Shown: positions 58,301-64,000 of the stretch, piece by piece
Numbering within the stretch: position 1 is the stretch's first letter
Layout of the letters: every line of letters starts with the position of its first letter
Source: Haplodiscus bocki
Lineage: Eukaryota
DNA: 64,000 nt
NCBI GenBank assembly: GCA_965655095.1
Contig: OZ296652.1
Location: forward strand, 61,070,001 to 61,134,000
Direction of reading: 5' to 3'
The notes under the pieces: generated by a model
Seen by the model: only the letters and a program-made list of their open reading frames with translations
What the model was told of the DNA's origin: nothing
The model's database searches: none
Program-made: the position numbers and the translations under genes

Positions 58301-58782
58301 TTAGTGAGCTTGAATCCTGACATTTTCTTATTTCTTTCTGAGTTGATGATCGCGAGGATTGACCATACACACCGTGTTGGATTCTGAATCAGGTAAACGA
58401 CAATGTTTTCCCCAGAATTATTCACTACTTCCATTCTCGTGTGCTGATTTCCAAAAGGGTCAATTAAGAAAACTATCGATGGCCAGCGGTTCTCTGTTTG
58501 GCGAAATTTTCCACTGATCAAAACAGAGCCAGCAATTTTTTCACCTAGTAGTATGGCCACAGAGTCTGCCAAATCTAATCCACAACGCTGCTTCCTGATG
58601 AAAGTTACGGTGTAATCAAATATCTCATTCGTTTTTGTCCTGGATTGCTCCATTTGTTTCCTTCCGTCAAACTCAGTCCAATTTGTTCTTTGCCAGACCT
58701 CGGTCGGTTGAATACGTTTTAAGTCCAATTGGCACGAGAAATTCCAATTGGTAAAAGATATAACGTTCAGTGTAATTTTCAT
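55370..58782 (-). pseudogene. Decayed additional coding region downstream of Gypsy pol (unknown; possibly env-like)
   Basis: Series of same-strand ORF fragments (193, 77, 102, 72, 128, 67 aa); first begins with a true ATG; hydrophobic segment near 57380-57426; no recognised family motif. Confidence 0.35.
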
Positions 58783-59569
58783 TTTTTGTGTACGCTTAAT
58801 TTATCAACAAAAGCATTAGACTTCTCAATCTGTGCAACAGGCTCTGAGGCCTGGTAAAACTTACCTTGAACTGTAATCTGTATTACTTTAAAGAAACCCC
58901 CTTGTTGCTTGTGTTACAATAAAACTAACTGTAGAACCTCGAGAGCATTGTTAGTGGTTACCCTAAAGAGAGCACTGAAGAGGTTACTTTTTGCCGGAAG
59001 TCATGTCGCCTTGCATTAATTTCATCCCTCACCGCGAAGGCTGAAATGAAAGTCAATTTCATGAAGGAACTGTAAAACCGGTTACTTTGACTGTCTTTGC
59101 CACCCTCTCGTGCCGTTGTTACTGCCCAAATGCTTAAGGAATCCGGAATCAACCTCGTCCTTGTATACGAAATAGACAGCGAAATGTCGGAACATAGCGC
59201 AGTCGAGTTTTTTCTTCCTCGGGAAGAGATACGGTTTTTCGTTTGTGGTTCGTTGCTCCAGGTGCTACTCAAGAGTTGAAGGAGCTCTAAAAAATGTCCA
59301 CGTTCTCGTCATGCAAGCATGAGCCCTGTCCTCTCAAAGTATCCCACTTTCACCTAAGATTCTGGGGTTCCTTTGATCATTATTAAAATCTGAAACTTCA
59401 GTGCTTTTCCCCTGGGCTAAGACTTTATGTTCTGTAGGACCATGTGAACTGCTTTTTATACATCCATTTTAAAAAAATTGTCAGCTGCGTCCTACACCAA
59501 GGACTTTGTTGCTCACCCTCTGTTGGTTTTACATGGCTTCGGAAAACATTTTGCTCACTTTTTATTGGG

Positions 59570-62500
59570 TTTTCATCCCATTGTTCTGTACTTTTCATTC
59601 CTCAGTTGGGTCGTCCCGAAAATGAGAAGTGGGATCAATTAGATTTTTGACCACCATGTGAAACTTTTTGTCTAACGAAGATATTTTTTACGTCTCCCCC
59701 CTTACTTATTGGTCGATAAGAATAAGAGAAGTTGCTCGACTTCAAGGTAAGTAGGTCCATAGTTGTTGAAACCTTTGTTTTTGTTTTGTCGAGAGTGTTC
59801 GAGTTGCATCTTTGTTCTGATCAAATGATTCGCTTCCTGCATTTTTTAGGTATTAAACAGGAAAAAACTCGGTAATGGAAAACTTTGTTGTAGCTGTCTC
59901 GTACTTATGGTCGATTGGGAATCTGAGGGGCGTTCCTAACACTAAAAAGGACGGACTGTACTTCGTCACTACGTGGACGGACAAATGGTACGCCAACATT
60001 ACTATCTGGACAGAATGTTTTCACTCATGTTGATGGTTTTCGAGAAGTTTATGGATGGTTTCTTCTTATAATTTTTCTTCCTCTCCAACAATGTTTTTCC
60101 TTGAAGATGGAAACATGTGGTTGATTTGTTTTCAATGCCTAAACTTTGCCATTGTTCTCTAAATTGTTCAGCAAAAAATTCGATTCGCAGTCACTGGGGT
60201 GTTTAAAGGGCATCCAAATCTTGCAATTTACATCTCTACCGAAGCTTGTGCAACTGCTTTTGCTTCGTCAATTGGCATGCCAACAATCTCAACCTTTTAT
60301 TTCATTCATTTCCAAATTTTGAGGTGGTCTTTACGCCACTTGGAATCAAGTGAGGGCCCTTTCATGTCTAAAAACACGTGCCAAGTTGGTTGAAAAAGCT
60401 ACGAAGTTGTGTGGCTATGTGTTTTTGAAGCTTTCCGTTCCCTCGAAGGCATTCTTTGCAACTACTAACCCGATCGCTCCCATAAATCTTCATTCCCCGC
60501 CAAAAAACGTTCCTGCACCCCTTGATAACTCTTTCCGATACTAAAACGGCCAGTAGTTGGACACTCGTGAAGCAGTGGTAAAAAATGTGAAAATTGTGTT
60601 CAGTAACGAAAAGTTGTTGCAATTAATGTCCAGATAAATCTATTTGTTTCTTTCTGTGGAGAATTTCACCTAATTGTTCCCGGTTTTTCAAATCGTCCTA
60701 AAACCTCAAAAATTTTCGGGAGCACTGGTCATTTTCCGCCAATCCGGCTTCTGTTTGTTTTCTAAGCATGCATTGACCCTGGTGACGTTTTTGATATAAA
60801 TATGACTCATCTGATTGCTTTTTCTGTTTGTTTTTGAGCCATTGCCAAAAATTATTTGAGAAAATTGACCTTGCTGTTACCCTATTGTGATATCGCGAAA
60901 GCAATTGTTGTTGGAAAGCATTCTTAAGCTTGCACTTTGGACAAACTATCCTGATAAAGAATGACTTCTCGTGCGTTGTGCTTGACTTCGAACAAGAAGT
61001 GACATAGCTTCTCCAAGCATCATGCTATCATATTTTTCTTGTCTATAAAATGCAAAGCTAAACCACGGCTTGCTGATCAGTCCCCGTCAAGAACTTTTGA
61101 ACAATTAGGTATGACTTGAAAAGAGTTAGTAAATCCGCAAGAGGAAAAAGTTTCCGTTTCGTAGCTGTAAAATTGATTTGGCATTGGGTCAATGTTTTGA
61201 TGGAATATGTGATATTTCGATCTTCACTCGCTAGCTTGTTTTCTCTTTTTTGAACAAAATTTGGCAATTGGCAGATCTGTAGTTAGGGGTTTTATACCGA
61301 TTGCTAGATTATCCCAAAATCGGCGCTGCCAACAATTTCTTTCTCGAATTTTGCTAGAGTCCTCACCTTGTCTATTCCAATGAAAGTTTTTCTCTTTTTC
61401 TAACAGCTAATTTAGAGGCTCTGAAGTTTTTCGAACTCAGCGTAAACAACCGATAGCAGTTTATGAAAATCAAAACTGTTCCTATTTCCTTCAAGTTAGC
61501 TGGAGATTTCATCTTTTTCAATGCCGCAGTTTCTTTGTTACCTATTTCCTCTCCTTCCCTGATACAACAAGGCCCAAAGAAATTCTAATGGAAAAGTTTA
61601 CACTTTGAGTCTTCTATCACTGACGCCGTTTTTCTCTCTTGGTGCAGACACTTGGTCCAGATGCGGCAAAAATTGCCGAAAGACATGTGAAAAACGCAAA
61701 TTGAGTGCAAATCTAACATTGCAAGTTCGTATTAAAGGGCGCTCAAGACTATTTCCATTGGATTTTCGACAAATTGCAGCTCCAAAACCATTGCATTGGT
61801 AACCGTTTCCCTTTGTTATGGTCCATCAGGTTAATGAAGGTGGCCAATTTTTGACAAATTTTAGTCAGAGACTTTTAAAACACCCAGATGTGAGATCAGT
61901 GCTGCAGAAGAACCAATTTTCTTCCAACGAATCAATCAGAACATTATTTCTCGGGAGAAGCCAAATTGTTTTTTGTATTTGCTTGTTCAATTCAGAGTAG
62001 TCATATTTGCCGCCTTGTTCAAAAACAGAGATGTTTGTGGCCACCCAGTCAGAATAAACTGGTGTGACTAGATCTGCTTCAACTAGTCCCTCTCTAATTT
62101 TTATCTTGCTTTTCGTCCATCAATCTTCATGTTGCCGTTTGTTCTAGAAAGTGAACTGCCACCAAGTTTCAATTTTATCTGTTGTCCAATTGGATTGTTG
62201 AAAAACGAATCTGTTGATCTCTTTGGAAGACGTTTCTCTAATGTCCATCCTAACATCAATTCGTCACCCAGTTGAGGAAACGATAAAATTTTCTCCTTAA
62301 ACTTCACGTGTTTTTCACAGTCGAATTTTTCTTTTTCAGGAATTGCTGTCGAATCAGGTTGCAAACATAGTGTTTAATGCTAAAACTCAAATGTTTCAAA
62401 GGAAAAGATTCAGCTGTTCTCGTATCCAATAACCTCTTCTTTATGAAAACTAAAAAGTTGTACCCAAAACATTCCCTCGGTTTTGCCAAATGAGAAATGT

Positions 62501-64000
62501 TCTACCCATAACACCCTGGGATCTCAGAAAGGGTCGATAGGATTTACCAAACCTTCAAAGCTCTGAATTCTTGGTCCGTCTTCGTTTATAGTTCTTTTTG
62601 TATTCACTCATCAAACTAAGCGGGTTTGGCCTGTGTTGAGGCAATTGTTAGCAACTTTGTTCCACTAGTGTTCGGTCTTGGTTTCAAGTCTTGTAATTGC
62701 CGTTTTTTTCCGAAAAAAAAAACAATTTTTTCCTTGGCTTTCAAAATGCAATCATCTTCCACTGAAACATGTAATCCTGTTAGGCAAAGATTTGTGCCTA
62801 CTGTTAACGTAAGTGTTGCAACTCAAAACTCGTGTGCAACGTTTTCCAGTTAGACATTGACTCCTGCATCTCCTTCAACAAGCGTTGTCGGATTGTTGCC
62901 TTCAGGTATTTTTCTCTCGATGTCTTCTGATTCAACAATGAAACGCAAACATTTCGCGATGGTTCAGATAACTAGTGAAACACTGCCGCTTCTTTATACC
63001 AGAACAATTGATGGTTTGCTTTGTATCAGCAGCATCAAGTTTAAAACCTGCTTTCGTAATTCGGACCAGGGCCTTATTACTCGTAGGCATGTTAGTAGCC
63101 AAGGCCACATGAATATTTACTGGTGTTAAAACAGGAAAGTTTTCTGAATTGCTCTGAACTTCCAAGCATTTTGGTATCTTCCTCTCCGGGTGACCATGCT
63201 GATTGAAACTACGGCAACCACCACTTGCTTATTTTTATCCTTGATCAGTTTCAAGAAACTTATCTCGAGACTGCGATCATTCTTGTTTCCTCGCTGACCC
63301 TCAATTAGTTGGTGTTCTGTATCTGCCTCTCAAACTGCCACGTCTTTATCTCGTTGGCCGCTCACCCGGAGTCCTTTCCTGCGGTTACTTCCTATTGAAT
63401 TACTTCTTCCGGAAGTGTTTTTCCCCAAATTCTACAGCGGTTGTCACTTCCCGAATCCTGTGAAGGGGCCAAACATTCAATAGGATGATTCACAGATTCG
63501 ATTAGTTTTTTGGTTTGATTCGACTGATGAAGTGCAACTTCGGTTTCATTTTCCTTTTCTTAAAAGATTGTAACCGCTTCAATGTGTAGTGGTTTCTTCC
63601 AAAACTCATTAAATTGTCTCTTCTGCTTCCAACAGTCTTCTTCCTAAACCAAATTTAGGTTGACTTTTGTGAATTCTTCTCAAAATCCACGCACTACCAT
63701 TAGATCTGGAAACTTATTCAACACTGCCGTTCAGGTTTTCATTGCCAAACATTGCAAACTTATCGAAAATTCTGTTGAAGTTTCTCTTAGTTGTTGCATT
63801 CTCCATGCAAGCCGATGTCACAAAAACACTTTTTTCTCCTTTTAGGGCGTTCCGAAGGTTTTATCAGTTCCCTCGAAACTAGCTTTGCGAGCACCCGTTG
63901 ACGTACGCTATAATTCATTAGCTGATTTTTAAAGACCAAATGCGAAATAAGGCGGTCTTTCATCTGTTTCCATAGCTTCGCTTGTTTTAATTCTTCTGAA
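59570..64000 (-). mobile_element. Decayed Ty3/Gypsy LTR retrotransposon gag-pol, extends past right edge
   Basis: Colinear remnants: zinc knuckle CRSFNQHGH (~63200), protease VLV*RSGSVS (~62990), RT DYSELNKQI..WLLPR...DLTSG...RLPM (62080-61780), RNase H ITYSIKTL...TATKRKLF...TDQQA (61267-61058), integrase FWRGM...SCKEC, DMKGP, RFGCP (60560-59900). PR-RT-RH-INT order indicates Ty3/Gypsy. Confidence 0.9.

Overview
AT-rich, repeat-dense eukaryotic (animal) genomic DNA; the taxon cannot be determined from the sequence alone. The dominant feature is one complete multi-exon gene on the minus strand (CDS 49676->9173), a divergent DENND4/Crag-type Rab GEF (MABP, uDENN/cDENN/dDENN, PPR-like, Cys-rich and conserved C-terminal regions). 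I reconstructed it by hand as 20 GT-AG coding exons with mutually consistent phases (6477 nt, about 2158 aa). Its introns and flanks hold: an uninterrupted CR1/L2-type LINE ORF2 in sense orientation in intron 10; three decayed LINEs (one with a PHD-finger ORF1); a decayed Ty3/Gypsy gag-pol running off the right edge, followed by extra, possibly env-like, coding remnants; a family of non-autonomous Helentron/DINE-1-like elements that appear to carry tRNA-like (A-box/B-box) modules, sometimes in tandem pairs; a second modular repeat family with internal ~110-120 bp arrays; a ~500 bp inverted repeat pair; a near-perfect 335 bp tandem duplication; a ~170 bp degenerate satellite; and a possible solo LTR. 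No CRISPR, rRNA or intact tRNA was found. I cannot claim a clearly new biological system. The best candidates are the tRNA-module-carrying Helentron-like elements, the ATG-less but intact intronic LINE with a 15-codon leader ORF, and the extra ORFs behind the Gypsy element. All family assignments come from recalled motifs, not database searches.
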